DNA from: Bdellovibrionota bacterium
GTDB taxonomy: Bacteria; Bdellovibrionota_C; UBA2361; OMII01
Direction of reading: 5' to 3'
Length of the DNA: 30,537 nucleotides
Assembly (NCBI GenBank): GCA_044356215.1
Contig: JBIKWQ010000042.1
Location: 1-30,537 of the forward strand
A program made the position numbers and the translations under genes. This document shows, in pieces, positions 7,849 to 17,951 of this stretch. The notes below the pieces were generated by a model. It saw only the letters and a list, made by a program, of their open reading frames with translations. It made no database searches and was not told the origin of the DNA. Each line of letters begins with the position of its first letter. Within the stretch, counting starts at the first letter, position 1.

Positions 7849-9459
7849 ATGAAGATATCAAAATTAGTCAAACAAGACGAGGTAAATGGCGTAATGATGG
7901 ATTTGTTTGATCGGGAAAGGGCCGGAGAGGACATTACTCGTGAAAAATCGGTCGAAGCCTTCAAATTAGGAAAGCAGGGATGGCGCGAGCCAGAACCTCT
8001 AGTGATTGAGGCGGGCGGAGCTTTGTCGTATCCGCTCGAGGCGCTACCACCGATTCTGCGAGATGCTATTCGGGACTTGAAAAAGATCGTTCAGGCCCCG
8101 GTAGAATTGATTGCCGCATCGGTAAAGGCATCGGCTAATCTGGCCACGCAAGCCCACGTTGATGTCGTGACGCCCGATGGTCGAGTGTCTCCGACCTCAC
8201 TCTTCTTCATCACCGAAGGGTCGAGTGGAGAGAGGAAGTCGACGGTGGATAGTTATGCGATGGCTGCCCACCATGAGTTCGACGATGAGATACGCAGGAA
8301 AGCGCTCGAGGATCGTCATCGGCTTGAGGCGAGTGCAGTTATCTGGGATCGTAAAAAGGGTGAGTTCGGAAAGCGTCCAAAAAAGAGTCGCGATCCTGAA
8401 TCGAAGGTGACCAGGGAGGAAGAGCTGGAGGCCTTTCTGAAGGAGGTTGGACCAAAACCACCGGCCTGGCAGGGCGCTCCAGTGCGGATAGTTCGTGATC
8501 CGACCTTGGAGGGCCTTGAGAAGCACTTATCGATCTCGCCCACAGCGGGGCTATTTTGTGATGAGGCGGCGGTCTTCCTGGGTGGTTTCTCAATGAGTCC
8601 AGAGAACCGCGATCGGACTATGGCCGGGTTCTCCAGTCTCTGGGATGGCAAAGGAGTCAATCGAGCAAGGTCTTCCGATGGGATGAACTCGCATCCCGGG
8701 AAGAGAGTCTGCATGCACTTGATGGTTCAGGATGTGATATTCAATAAGTTCATCGCGGGTAATGAGGTAATGAAGGGGCAGGGATTTGGACCCCGCTGTC
8801 TATTGACCCGTGCTGTATCAACGAAGGGTAGTCGTGTTTTCGTGCGCGAAAATCCTCGAGAGACGCCAGGGATGGTGAACTTCCTCAATCGAGTAAGAGA
8901 GATCCTGCAACTGGCACTGCCACTCAAAGAGGGGGGCTCTTGTCGGCTACAGCCGCGCTCTCTCGCTCTTTCGCCGGCCGCGGAGGAGCTCTACATCGAG
9001 TTTTATAACGATGTGGAGTCTCGGCAGGGACCTGATGGGGATTTAGCGGAGATAAGTGGCACCGCGTCGAAGATGCCTGAGCAGGCGTTGAGGTTAGCGG
9101 CAACCTTTCAATTCTTTGCCGACATTCACTCGGATACCATATCTGAGGAGTCGCTTGAGGCAGGAATAAGGAGCGCTCGCTACTACCTAAACGAGGCTCT
9201 TCGCGTGGATCAAGATGGGGGTCGTGAGTATCGGCTCGATTGCGCGGCGAAGGTTCTTGAGTACATCAGAAAGAGTGAGCTTGATACTTTTACTCTTACC
9301 CGCATTCGGCAGTTCGGTCCGGCCTGTGCAAGAAAGAGTGCAAATGTCACGCGAGAGCTCCTGAATATCCTAGTTCGCCACGGATATCTCAAGACTCAAC
9401 GTGATGAGAAGACTAACCACGTCACTTATCTTGCGCACCCAAGGCTTTGGACTAGGTAG
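7849..9459 (+). CDS. DUF3987 / YfjI-family P-loop NTPase (putative replication helicase of the element)
   Basis: YPLEALPPILR, SLFFITEGSSGERKST (Walker A-like), DPTLEGL, DEAA (Walker B-like), RCL, RLAA, and a C-terminal wHTH-like region. An alternative start at 7894 follows GAGGT. Confidence 0.85.
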   Translation: MKISKLVKQDEVNGVMMDLFDRERAGEDITREKSVEAFKLGKQGWREPEPLVIEAGGALSYPLEALPPILRDAIRDLKKIVQAPVELIAASVKASANLATQAHVDVVTPDGRVSPTSLFFITEGSSGERKSTVDSYAMAAHHEFDDEIRRKALEDRHRLEASAVIWDRKKGEFGKRPKKSRDPESKVTREEELEAFLKEVGPKPPAWQGAPVRIVRDPTLEGLEKHLSISPTAGLFCDEAAVFLGGFSMSPENRDRTMAGFSSLWDGKGVNRARSSDGMNSHPGKRVCMHLMVQDVIFNKFIAGNEVMKGQGFGPRCLLTRAVSTKGSRVFVRENPRETPGMVNFLNRVREILQLALPLKEGGSCRLQPRSLALSPAAEELYIEFYNDVESRQGPDGDLAEISGTASKMPEQALRLAATFQFFADIHSDTISEESLEAGIRSARYYLNEALRVDQDGGREYRLDCAAKVLEYIRKSELDTFTLTRIRQFGPACARKSANVTRELLNILVRHGYLKTQRDEKTNHVTYLAHPRLWTR

Positions 9460-9461
9460 GG

Positions 9462-9683
9462 CTAGCAGATTAGCAGAATTAGCAGGGGGTGGGGGGCCTA
9501 AAATCCCTCCATCCCTTGTCTGCCGACCGTCGCCTGCAACCTTTCTCACGCCGTCGGGGGTTTTGACGGAAGGGGGGATTACGCCTCTCAACAGTCTTAA
9601 TTTACTACCAAACTAGACACCACCAGTACCATCCAGTGATACACCAGGTGGGCACCCCCCTGCTAATTTTGCTAATTTGCTAG
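9462..9683. repeat. Imperfect ~30-bp inverted repeat built from three TAGCA iterons per arm; candidate origin
   Basis: 9462-9491 is CTAGCAGATTAGCAGAATTAGCAGGGGGTG; the reverse complement of 9653-9683 is CTAGCAAATTAGCAAAATTAGCAGGGGGGTG. It starts 2 bp after the DUF3987 stop. Confidence 0.75.
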
Positions 9684-9889
9684 GGTGGAACTTAAAAGCT
9701 ATTAGATCGAATCGATTTATTCGTCGAAGCGGTCCCGGGCATCGAGGGAATTTGTAGCCTAATACATTCCCATTTCTCTTTTGAAATTAGGGTTTTACCG
9801 AGAGTCTGAGATTTTCTCTCTGGCCCAGCTGTGCTACGGTTTTGCTGCGGTTTACTGCGGACGTCTGACCGATATTGAGGCTAGAAGAG

Positions 9890-12800
9890 ATGAATGTATT
9901 TGACCTTCGTAAAGATATTATAGCTCGGTACAACACATACGTTTCGAGCTTCTTTAGGATCCGAGATGCGAAGGTCAAGAGTAAGGTCGACGAGGCGATG
10001 CAGGAAGGCGCTTTGTGGCCTGAGCCACTGTTGCAGCTAAACCCGTCATTTGCTCCCGGTGCTTCTCTCGAGAGTTTGATAAGAGAGGGAGTTCTCCATC
10101 CTGCCGCCGCGGATGTTTTTAAGATCAACAAAGACAAGCCCGAGAAGACCCCTTTTACTATTCAGCTCCACAAGCATCAAGAAGAAGCAATCCGAGTCGC
10201 TCATGCGCAGCGCAACTACGTCCTCACCACTGGCACAGGCTCCGGTAAGAGCTTGTCGTACATCATCCCGATAGTTGATTACGTCCTCCGCAATCCCGGC
10301 AAGAAAGGCGTCAAAGCGATTATCATCTATCCGATGAACGCTCTCGCTAACAGTCAGGCTGAGGAGTTGAAGAAGTTTCTTCAGGCTGGATTCCCCGATG
10401 GCAAAGGCCCGGTCACCTTCGATCGATATACGGGGCAGGAGAAAGAGGAAACGCGGAAGCGAATTATCGCAAACCCACCAGACATCCTCCTTACCAACTA
10501 CATGATGCTTGAGCTGATCCTCACACGAACCGAGGAGAGAGCTCTGATTGACGCAGCTAAAGGCCTTCAGTTCCTGGTGATGGATGAGTTGCATACCTAC
10601 CGCGGCCGACAAGGGGCGGACGTCTCGATGCTCGTGAGGCGCGTTCGAGACCGCCTTGATGCGCCTGATATGCGCTGTATCGGCACCTCGGCAACTATGT
10701 CAACGGCAGGCACCTTCAAGGATCAACAAGCAGATGTCGCCGCAGTAGCATCGAAGATATTTGGAGCTACGGTTGAGGCTAACGACATTATCGGAGAAAC
10801 GCTCAGGCGTATCACCCAGGAGGCGGAAGCACCGGCTGCCCCTGAGTTTGCAAGGCGCATCAGGGAGTACCAGACAATCTCGTTTACTAGCCCGGAACAA
10901 CTAGCCGCGGATTCTCTCGCGCAGTGGGTGGAGAGCTTCTTCGGTATCGAGAGGGAGCCGCAGTCAGGACGATTCGTTAGAAGGATTCCCAAACCGTTAG
11001 GAGGCGCAACCGGAGCCGCAGCAGAGCTGTCACGGCTGACCGGAGAGACTGAAAGTGTGTGTGAGACTGCTATCAGGGCAGTGCTCATGGCGGGTAATAG
11101 TATCAAGCTTCCAAGCGGCTATCCCATGTTCGCCTTCCGATTGCATCAATTTATCAGCAGGGGAGATACCGCGTACTCGTCGCTTGAGTCTTCAGAGGAG
11201 AGATTCGTGACCTTGGCGGGACAGAAATACGTGCCCGATGGCACCCGTGAACGCCTTCTTTTGCCCCTATGCTTCTGTCGTGAGTGTGGCCAGGACTTCT
11301 ACTCAGTGTTTAAGAAGAACTCTGCTTCGGATAACGTGCAAAGCCTGGTGCCTCGAGACTTGGGAGAGTTTGTCAACGAGAGGGAGGAGAGCTCTCCTGG
11401 TTTTACGAGGGAGGAGAGCACGCCTGGTTTTATATTGTTCTCCGATGAGATTCCAACAGTCGATGCAATGCACCAAAGGCTACCGAGCGATTGGCTCGAT
11501 GGTGACAATGTAAAAAAAGACCGTCGCAAATACATCCCAACACCCATTAATGTGCAAAAGGACGGCAAGATCGGTAGCGGCGCCCCAAATGCCTTCTTTA
11601 TGAGCGCACCTTTTAGGTTCTGTCCGGTATGTGGGGTTAGCTACAATTTTACACAGCGATCTGATTTCGCAAAGCTTGCTACGCTTAGTTCGGAAGGTCG
11701 TAGTACAGCCACAACGATTCTCAGCCTCGCCACGATAGATTTCCTTCGGTCTAAGGCTACGCTCGATGCTGAGGCGCGCAAACTCCTTAGCTTCACAGAC
11801 AACCGACAAGATGCATCTCTTCAAGCCGGTCACTTCAACGATTTCGTCCAGGTAACGATTCTCAGATCCGTTTTGTATCAGGCATTGAAAGCGGCGGGCG
11901 CCCAGGGCATAACGCACGACGAGCTTACTCAGGCGGTGTTCAAGCAACTTAATTTGCCCCTCTATCTGTATGCGGTCGAGCCTGAGGTGAAATATCAGGC
12001 GCTCAAGGATACCGAGGCTGCTCTTAGGGATATACTGGGTTATCGGGTGTATCGCGACCTAGAGCGTGGCTGGCGTATAACCGCTCCAAACCTTGAGCAG
12101 TGCGGGCTCTTGGTCATCAAGTACCAATCGCTTGAGGACGTATGCGCAACGCAATCTGATTGGAATGACAATCATCCCGACACCCATCCCGCACTACTAA
12201 GCGCTTCGCCGGAGACAAGAGCTAAGATTGCAAAAACTCTTCTCGATTTTATGCGCCGGAGTTTGGCGATAAAAGTGGACTACCTTGAACCGGATAGTCA
12301 AGAGCGAATTCGTAGCCGAAGTAATCAGAAGTTAATAGCGCCATGGAATATTGACGAGAATGAGCGCTTCCAAACAGCGACGATGATGGTGCTGCGCGCT
12401 CAGAAACCGGGAGACAATCGATATTTTCAATACCTTTCCACGCGGGGTGGAATGGGACGATACCTCAGACGGCCAGAAGTTTTCGACCACATTGAAGGTA
12501 AGTTGAAAGACCAAGATATAGAGATTATTTTGAAGCACCTCTGTAGAGCTCTCCGCAAGGCGGGCCTAGTCGAAGAGATTGAAGTGCAGAATGGAGCTAA
12601 CGTCGAAACCGGATATCAAGTGCCGGCGTCCGCGCTTCTCTGGACCGAAGGAGATGGATCTCAGGCATTTCATGATCCGATTCGCGTGCCACAGATAAGC
12701 CGAAATGGACTCGCTACTAACAGTTTCTTTAAGGAGCTCTACAGCACCTTTGATACGCGATTGCTCGACGTTGCTGCTAGAGAGCACACTGCGCAAGTGA

Positions 12801-15100
12801 AAGATCAGCAAAGAGAGGAGCGCGAGAAGGACTTTAGGTCAGCCAAGCTCCCCATACTCTTCTGCTCACCTACAATGGAGCTGGGTGTCGATATTGCGTC
12901 TTTGAACGTGGTGAATATGCGAAACGTTCCTCCGACCCCCGCTAACTACGCGCAGCGAAGTGGCCGAGCTGGGCGAAGTGGGCAGCCCGCCCTTGTATTC
13001 TCGTACTGTACAACCGGTAGCTCTCACGACCAGTACTTCTTTAAGCGTCCGCACCTTATGGTCTCGGGTAAGGTTGCTCCGCCTCGTATAGAGCTTGCTA
13101 ATGAGGACCTACTTCGGGCTCACGTTCATGCGGTGTGGTTAGGGGAAAGCTCTCAAGGCCTTGGGCGCGCCTTGAGCGATATCACTGATCTAGCTGGTTC
13201 GAGCCCGTCTCTTGAGCTGGATCCATCGCTAAAGGCAGTTCTGAAAGACACCGGTATTCTGGAGCGCTCTCGAGTCCGAGCTGCTCGTATAATTAAGTCC
13301 ATCGAAAAAGAGCTCACTAATGCGTATTGGTACAAAGAGGAGTGGTTAGATCGAACTCTGTCCTCACTCGAGCGGTCGTTCGAGCAGAGTTGTGAGCGCT
13401 GGAGAACCTTATACCGCACTGCTATTGAAGAGCGGGATTCGCAGCACAAAGTGGCTAACGATCACTCTCGGAATCAGCAAGAGCGCGAGAAAGCCAAACG
13501 ACTGAGAGACGAGGCAGAGGCAAAAATTGCTTTACTGGTTGATCCGGCCAACGTTGTTCAGTCTGATTTCTATAGTTATCGGTATTTCGCCAGCGAAGGG
13601 TTCCTCCCAGGATATAATTTCCCGCGATTACCGCTCTCTGCCTTCATACCGGGTAGAAGGATGAAGAAGGGGCAAGATAACTATCTTTCACGTCCACGCT
13701 TTCTTGCTATTTCCGAGTTTGGGCCTCGTGCAGTTGTTTATCATGAGGGCTCTAAATACGAGATCAATCGCGTGATGTTGCGTCACGACGACGGAGAATT
13801 GGCGACTCAGTCAGCTAAGATTTGCGCTGCTTGTGGATATGCGCACACCTGCCCCGATGGAGCAGGACCGGATGTCTGCGAAATGTGTAAGGCAGAGTTG
13901 GGGGCACCGTATCCGAATCTCTTTAGACTTGAGAACGTCTCGACGCGGCGCAAAGAGAACATCTCATCGGATGAAGAGGAGCGATTGCGACTGGGGTACG
14001 ATATCAGGACTGCTGTGCGATTCGCCTCGCGAGACGGTGTGGCGGAAAGAGCGGCCTCCGTGAAAGTAAACGGCAAGGAGATCGGCACCTTGCTCTACGG
14101 TGATGCAGCTTCGATTTGGCGTATCAACCTGGGGTGGGCTCGCCGAAACGTAAACGAGCCAAATGGATTCCTTCTGAATCCAGAACGTGGATTTTGGCAG
14201 AGTAACAAATCGGCTGAGGAGGATGCCGAAGAGGAGGACCTCGGTCAACGACCGGTGCGAGTCGTACCATTCGTTGAGGATCACAAGAACTGCCTCATTT
14301 TTAAGCTTAACGACGACACGCTCTCCGCTCTAAAGGAGGAGGATCGATTGGCAACCGTGGCGTCACTCCAGGCCGCCTTAAAAGTCGCCATTCAGGCCCG
14401 CTATCAATTGGAGGATAACGAGCTGTCTATCGAGGCTTTGCCGGATCGTGACAAGCGCAAAGCCTTGCTCCTGTATGAATCCGGAGAGGGCGGAGCAGGT
14501 GCTTTGAGGCGCTTAGTAGATGACAGCGGTGAATTCGCAGCGGTCGCTCAAGAGGCCCTCGCTATCTGCCACTTCGGTAGTGGCGGAGAAGATAAGAGAA
14601 GAGCGGAGGGTGCGAAAGAGGATTGTGACGCTGCCTGCTACAGCTGCTTGCTGAATTACGGCAATCAGCCCGATCACTTGATGCTGGATAGACAAAAAAT
14701 AGCACCAATCCTCCTAGAGCTCTCCAAATCTAAAGTGGATGTAAGCCCTAGGGGTGCCACCCGCTCAGAGCACCTTGAGATGCTCATGCGTTTTAGCACT
14801 TCGTCCTTGGAGAAAGACTGGTTGACCTTTGTTGAAAGCAAAGGCTTCAGATTGCCTTCTTCGGCCCAGAAGCTAGTGCCTGAGTGTAGTACGCGACCTG
14901 ATTTTATGTATGAAGAGCACTTTGTTGCTATCTACGTTGATGGCCCCTTCCATGATTACCCCGATCGGGCAGCTCGAGACCAGGCCAAGCGCGCAGGTAT
15001 GGAGGATGCGGGCTTCACCGTCATCACCTTTAATCTGAGGGATGATTGGGAGACGGTTATAAATAGGTATCCTGATATTTTTGGTGTAGGTGGAAAGTAA
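9890..15100 (+). CDS. YprA/MrfA-family DEAD/DEAH helicase with DUF1998 Zn domain and C-terminal Vsr/DUF559-like nuclease (DrmA+DrmB-like single chain)
   Basis: LHKHQ, TGTGSGKS, YPMNALANSQ, DELH, SAT, FTDNRQDA, EHTAQV, TMELGVDI, QRSGRAGR; CxxC pairs; LYESGEGGAG...CH...CDAACYSCL (DUF1998); RPDFMY...IYVDGPFHD. ATG at 9890 after GAGG. Confidence 0.88.
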   Translation: MNVFDLRKDIIARYNTYVSSFFRIRDAKVKSKVDEAMQEGALWPEPLLQLNPSFAPGASLESLIREGVLHPAAADVFKINKDKPEKTPFTIQLHKHQEEAIRVAHAQRNYVLTTGTGSGKSLSYIIPIVDYVLRNPGKKGVKAIIIYPMNALANSQAEELKKFLQAGFPDGKGPVTFDRYTGQEKEETRKRIIANPPDILLTNYMMLELILTRTEERALIDAAKGLQFLVMDELHTYRGRQGADVSMLVRRVRDRLDAPDMRCIGTSATMSTAGTFKDQQADVAAVASKIFGATVEANDIIGETLRRITQEAEAPAAPEFARRIREYQTISFTSPEQLAADSLAQWVESFFGIEREPQSGRFVRRIPKPLGGATGAAAELSRLTGETESVCETAIRAVLMAGNSIKLPSGYPMFAFRLHQFISRGDTAYSSLESSEERFVTLAGQKYVPDGTRERLLLPLCFCRECGQDFYSVFKKNSASDNVQSLVPRDLGEFVNEREESSPGFTREESTPGFILFSDEIPTVDAMHQRLPSDWLDGDNVKKDRRKYIPTPINVQKDGKIGSGAPNAFFMSAPFRFCPVCGVSYNFTQRSDFAKLATLSSEGRSTATTILSLATIDFLRSKATLDAEARKLLSFTDNRQDASLQAGHFNDFVQVTILRSVLYQALKAAGAQGITHDELTQAVFKQLNLPLYLYAVEPEVKYQALKDTEAALRDILGYRVYRDLERGWRITAPNLEQCGLLVIKYQSLEDVCATQSDWNDNHPDTHPALLSASPETRAKIAKTLLDFMRRSLAIKVDYLEPDSQERIRSRSNQKLIAPWNIDENERFQTATMMVLRAQKPGDNRYFQYLSTRGGMGRYLRRPEVFDHIEGKLKDQDIEIILKHLCRALRKAGLVEEIEVQNGANVETGYQVPASALLWTEGDGSQAFHDPIRVPQISRNGLATNSFFKELYSTFDTRLLDVAAREHTAQVKDQQREEREKDFRSAKLPILFCSPTMELGVDIASLNVVNMRNVPPTPANYAQRSGRAGRSGQPALVFSYCTTGSSHDQYFFKRPHLMVSGKVAPPRIELANEDLLRAHVHAVWLGESSQGLGRALSDITDLAGSSPSLELDPSLKAVLKDTGILERSRVRAARIIKSIEKELTNAYWYKEEWLDRTLSSLERSFEQSCERWRTLYRTAIEERDSQHKVANDHSRNQQEREKAKRLRDEAEAKIALLVDPANVVQSDFYSYRYFASEGFLPGYNFPRLPLSAFIPGRRMKKGQDNYLSRPRFLAISEFGPRAVVYHEGSKYEINRVMLRHDDGELATQSAKICAACGYAHTCPDGAGPDVCEMCKAELGAPYPNLFRLENVSTRRKENISSDEEERLRLGYDIRTAVRFASRDGVAERAASVKVNGKEIGTLLYGDAASIWRINLGWARRNVNEPNGFLLNPERGFWQSNKSAEEDAEEEDLGQRPVRVVPFVEDHKNCLIFKLNDDTLSALKEEDRLATVASLQAALKVAIQARYQLEDNELSIEALPDRDKRKALLLYESGEGGAGALRRLVDDSGEFAAVAQEALAICHFGSGGEDKRRAEGAKEDCDAACYSCLLNYGNQPDHLMLDRQKIAPILLELSKSKVDVSPRGATRSEHLEMLMRFSTSSLEKDWLTFVESKGFRLPSSAQKLVPECSTRPDFMYEEHFVAIYVDGPFHDYPDRAARDQAKRAGMEDAGFTVITFNLRDDWETVINRYPDIFGVGGK

Positions 15101-17949
15101 TGTCGTTTGCGGTAGGTTCGTTAGTAAGAGCGCGAGACAGGGAATGGGTTGTTCTTCCCGACTCAACAGATGACACCTTGATGGTCCGACCACTGGGGGG
15201 AAGTGAAGCAGAAGCTACTGGAATCTACCTGCCGTTAGAGAAGGTTGTTCCAGCTGAGTTCGCGCCGCCGGTAGCCGATCACGTAGGAGACCATCGATCG
15301 TGCCGATTGCTTCGTGATGCTATTAGACTCGGTTTTCGCTCAAGCGCGGGTCCGTTTCGCTCCTTTGCTGGACTAGCAGTTACACCACGACCCTACCAAC
15401 TTGTTCCATTGCTTATGGCGCTAAAGCAGGAGCGGGTGCGTCTCCTTGTCGCTGATGACGTAGGAATTGGAAAAACAGTTGAGGCTTGCCTGATAGCGAA
15501 GGAGCTTTTAGATCGGGGCGAGATAACTCGCTTCGCAGTGCTCTGTCCCCCGCACTTGGCCGAGCAGTGGCAGTTGGAGCTCAAGACCAAATTCCATATC
15601 GACGCAACTCTTGTTCTCTCTTCTACAGTGAGTCGCTTGGAGCGATCGTGCGCAGCAGGGGAGTCTGTATTTGAGAGATACCCATTCGTCATTATCTCGA
15701 CAGACTATATTAAATCAACCAGTCGCAGAGACGAGTTCCTCAGGACGTGCCCCGAGTTTGTCATAGTAGATGAAGCGCATACCTGTGCATTTGGAATAGC
15801 CGGGAAGGGGGGTGGGCGTCACCATCGTTACGATCTTCTAAAGGCCCTAGCAAACAGCGAGGAAAGGCACCTCGTACTCGTGACCGCTACACCTCACTCG
15901 GGTAAGGAAGAAGCGTTTAGATCCTTACTCATGTTGCTCAATCCAGAGTTTGAGTCTCTACCTTCAGACCTTGGCGGAGACCACAATCGAAAGCACCGTG
16001 AAAAGCTCGCTAGCCACCTCGTGCAGAGGCGTCGACCGGATATCGAGCACTACATCGACGTTGATACCAAGTTCCCCAAGAGAGAGGAGCTTGAAAAGGG
16101 CTATAAGCTTTCTCCTGACTACAAGAAGCTCTTTGAGGCCGTTCTCCAGTACGCACGAGAGATGACTAAGGATAGCTCCGGCAAAAGTTACAGGCAGAGG
16201 GTGAAGTGGTGGTCCGCCCTGGCTCTTCTACGGGCCCTTGCCTCCAGCCCCTTAGCGGCCAAAGCGACCCTTTTAACCCGTTCAGGCGATGAGGATGTAG
16301 AAAATATAGCCGTCGCGGATGAACGTGGCAGGCAAACCGTACTCGATATGAACGACGAGTCTGAGTCAGTTGATATGAATCCGGTCGGAGACGCAGAGGA
16401 TCTTTTGGATGAATCCAAGCGTGATAGAGCGCGTTTGCAGAGGTTTGCAAGACAAGCTGAGGAGCTTGCGGGTGCCAAGGATCAAAAGCTTCAGGGGTTA
16501 ATTACTGAGTTAAAGAAACTTCTTTCGGAAGGGTATAACCCGATAATTTTCTGCCGCTTTGTAGCTACTGCAGAGTATCTCTCAGATCAGCTGCGTGCAT
16601 CTCTGCCAAAGAAGGTGCAAATCCTGAAAGTGGACGGGACGATGTCGCCGGACGAACGCGAGACGGTTTTAACGAGTGTGGATCCAGAGAGCTTCGATTC
16701 GAGGGTGCTGGTTTGCACCGACTGCTTGAGCGAAGGCGTGAACTTGCAACAGTACTTTGATGCCGTAATCCACTATGACCTCGCATGGAATCCAACTCGT
16801 CACGAACAGAGAGAGGGGCGGGTCGATCGCTTTGGGCAGCAAAAGCCTATCGTCAGAGTGATGACCTATTACGGATTAGATAATCAGATAGACGGAATCA
16901 TCCTTGATATTCTGATCAAGAAGCAGCGATGGATTCGGGAGTCATTAGGCATTTCAATCCCTGTTCCGATTGATACTAATCAAGTGCTTGAAAGTATCTT
17001 TGAGGGCTTACTGCTCAGAGAAGATGCAGGCAGTGCTCAGGGATTTCTCCCTGGCTTCGAGGATTTACTCAAAACAAAACGCAAGCAGGTACATGAAGTG
17101 TGGCAGGTGGCAGCAGAGCGAGAGCAGAAATCATTGGGCCTCTACAGGCAGCAAGGAATAGAAGCCGACGTTGTGGCCGCCGAAGTTGCCAAGATTAGAG
17201 AAGCTCTCGGCTCGGTTGAGGACGTTAAGCACTTTGTGAATGAAGCGCTAGCTGCCATCGGTGGGCGTATCACGCCCAAGCGCGCAAACGGCCCAGAGGT
17301 GTTCGCTGTTGATCTGACGGAGTGTCCGCGCGCCCTAAAAGACCTGCCCGGTATCAAGACGAAATTCGAGGCATCTTTTTCGTACCCAGCGCCGGATGGA
17401 GTTGAGTATCTCAGCCGAACCTCGCCATTTGTCTCAGCGCTCTCTCAGTATGTTCTCGAGGGCGCTCTAGACGCCGAGCAAAATGCTGCTGCCCGTCGCA
17501 GTGGAGCGATCCGAACTAAAGATGTCGATACTCGAACGACCCTCTGCTTAGTTCGCTTGCGTTTTCAGTTGGTACACACTCAAGGTCGTAAAGAGCGCCG
17601 CTTGCTCGCAGAGGATTGCAAGATAATCGGCTTTTCGGGCGCGCCCTCAGCCCCTAACTGGCTTTCCGATGCAGAGGTGCAGAAACTCCTAGACAGCACG
17701 CCCTCACGCAATGTGCTCCCCGATCAGGCAAGGGAGCAGGTTAAACGTGCGCTCGATGAGATTGCTACCCTAGAGCTTGATTTCGGCCGCATAGCTACCG
17801 ACCACGGCGAGGCATTGCTTGAGTCTCACGTCAAAGTAAGAGAGGCCGTCACCGTGCGAGGAGATCGAAAGTTGACGACAAACGTAGAGGTGAAGCTGCC
17901 TGTTGATGTGATGGGCGTATATGTCCTGCTTCCAGAGCCCAAGGTGTAA
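15100..17949 (+). CDS. SNF2/RapA-like helicase (DISARM DrmD-like)
   Basis: VGSLVRARDREWVV N-terminus, PRPYQ, LLVADDVGIGKT, DEAH, TATPH, LSEGVNLQ, HYDLAWNPTRHEQREGRVDRFGQ; TAATG overlap with the upstream gene. Confidence 0.9.
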   Translation: MSFAVGSLVRARDREWVVLPDSTDDTLMVRPLGGSEAEATGIYLPLEKVVPAEFAPPVADHVGDHRSCRLLRDAIRLGFRSSAGPFRSFAGLAVTPRPYQLVPLLMALKQERVRLLVADDVGIGKTVEACLIAKELLDRGEITRFAVLCPPHLAEQWQLELKTKFHIDATLVLSSTVSRLERSCAAGESVFERYPFVIISTDYIKSTSRRDEFLRTCPEFVIVDEAHTCAFGIAGKGGGRHHRYDLLKALANSEERHLVLVTATPHSGKEEAFRSLLMLLNPEFESLPSDLGGDHNRKHREKLASHLVQRRRPDIEHYIDVDTKFPKREELEKGYKLSPDYKKLFEAVLQYAREMTKDSSGKSYRQRVKWWSALALLRALASSPLAAKATLLTRSGDEDVENIAVADERGRQTVLDMNDESESVDMNPVGDAEDLLDESKRDRARLQRFARQAEELAGAKDQKLQGLITELKKLLSEGYNPIIFCRFVATAEYLSDQLRASLPKKVQILKVDGTMSPDERETVLTSVDPESFDSRVLVCTDCLSEGVNLQQYFDAVIHYDLAWNPTRHEQREGRVDRFGQQKPIVRVMTYYGLDNQIDGIILDILIKKQRWIRESLGISIPVPIDTNQVLESIFEGLLLREDAGSAQGFLPGFEDLLKTKRKQVHEVWQVAAEREQKSLGLYRQQGIEADVVAAEVAKIREALGSVEDVKHFVNEALAAIGGRITPKRANGPEVFAVDLTECPRALKDLPGIKTKFEASFSYPAPDGVEYLSRTSPFVSALSQYVLEGALDAEQNAAARRSGAIRTKDVDTRTTLCLVRLRFQLVHTQGRKERRLLAEDCKIIGFSGAPSAPNWLSDAEVQKLLDSTPSRNVLPDQAREQVKRALDEIATLELDFGRIATDHGEALLESHVKVREAVTVRGDRKLTTNVEVKLPVDVMGVYVLLPEPKV

Positions 17950-17951
17950 CG

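Noticed and set aside
9401..9616. Small ORFs across the DUF3987 downstream region
   Set aside because: They overlap the DUF3987 end and the iteron-like repeat, with no RBS or motif; the region is better explained as non-coding.
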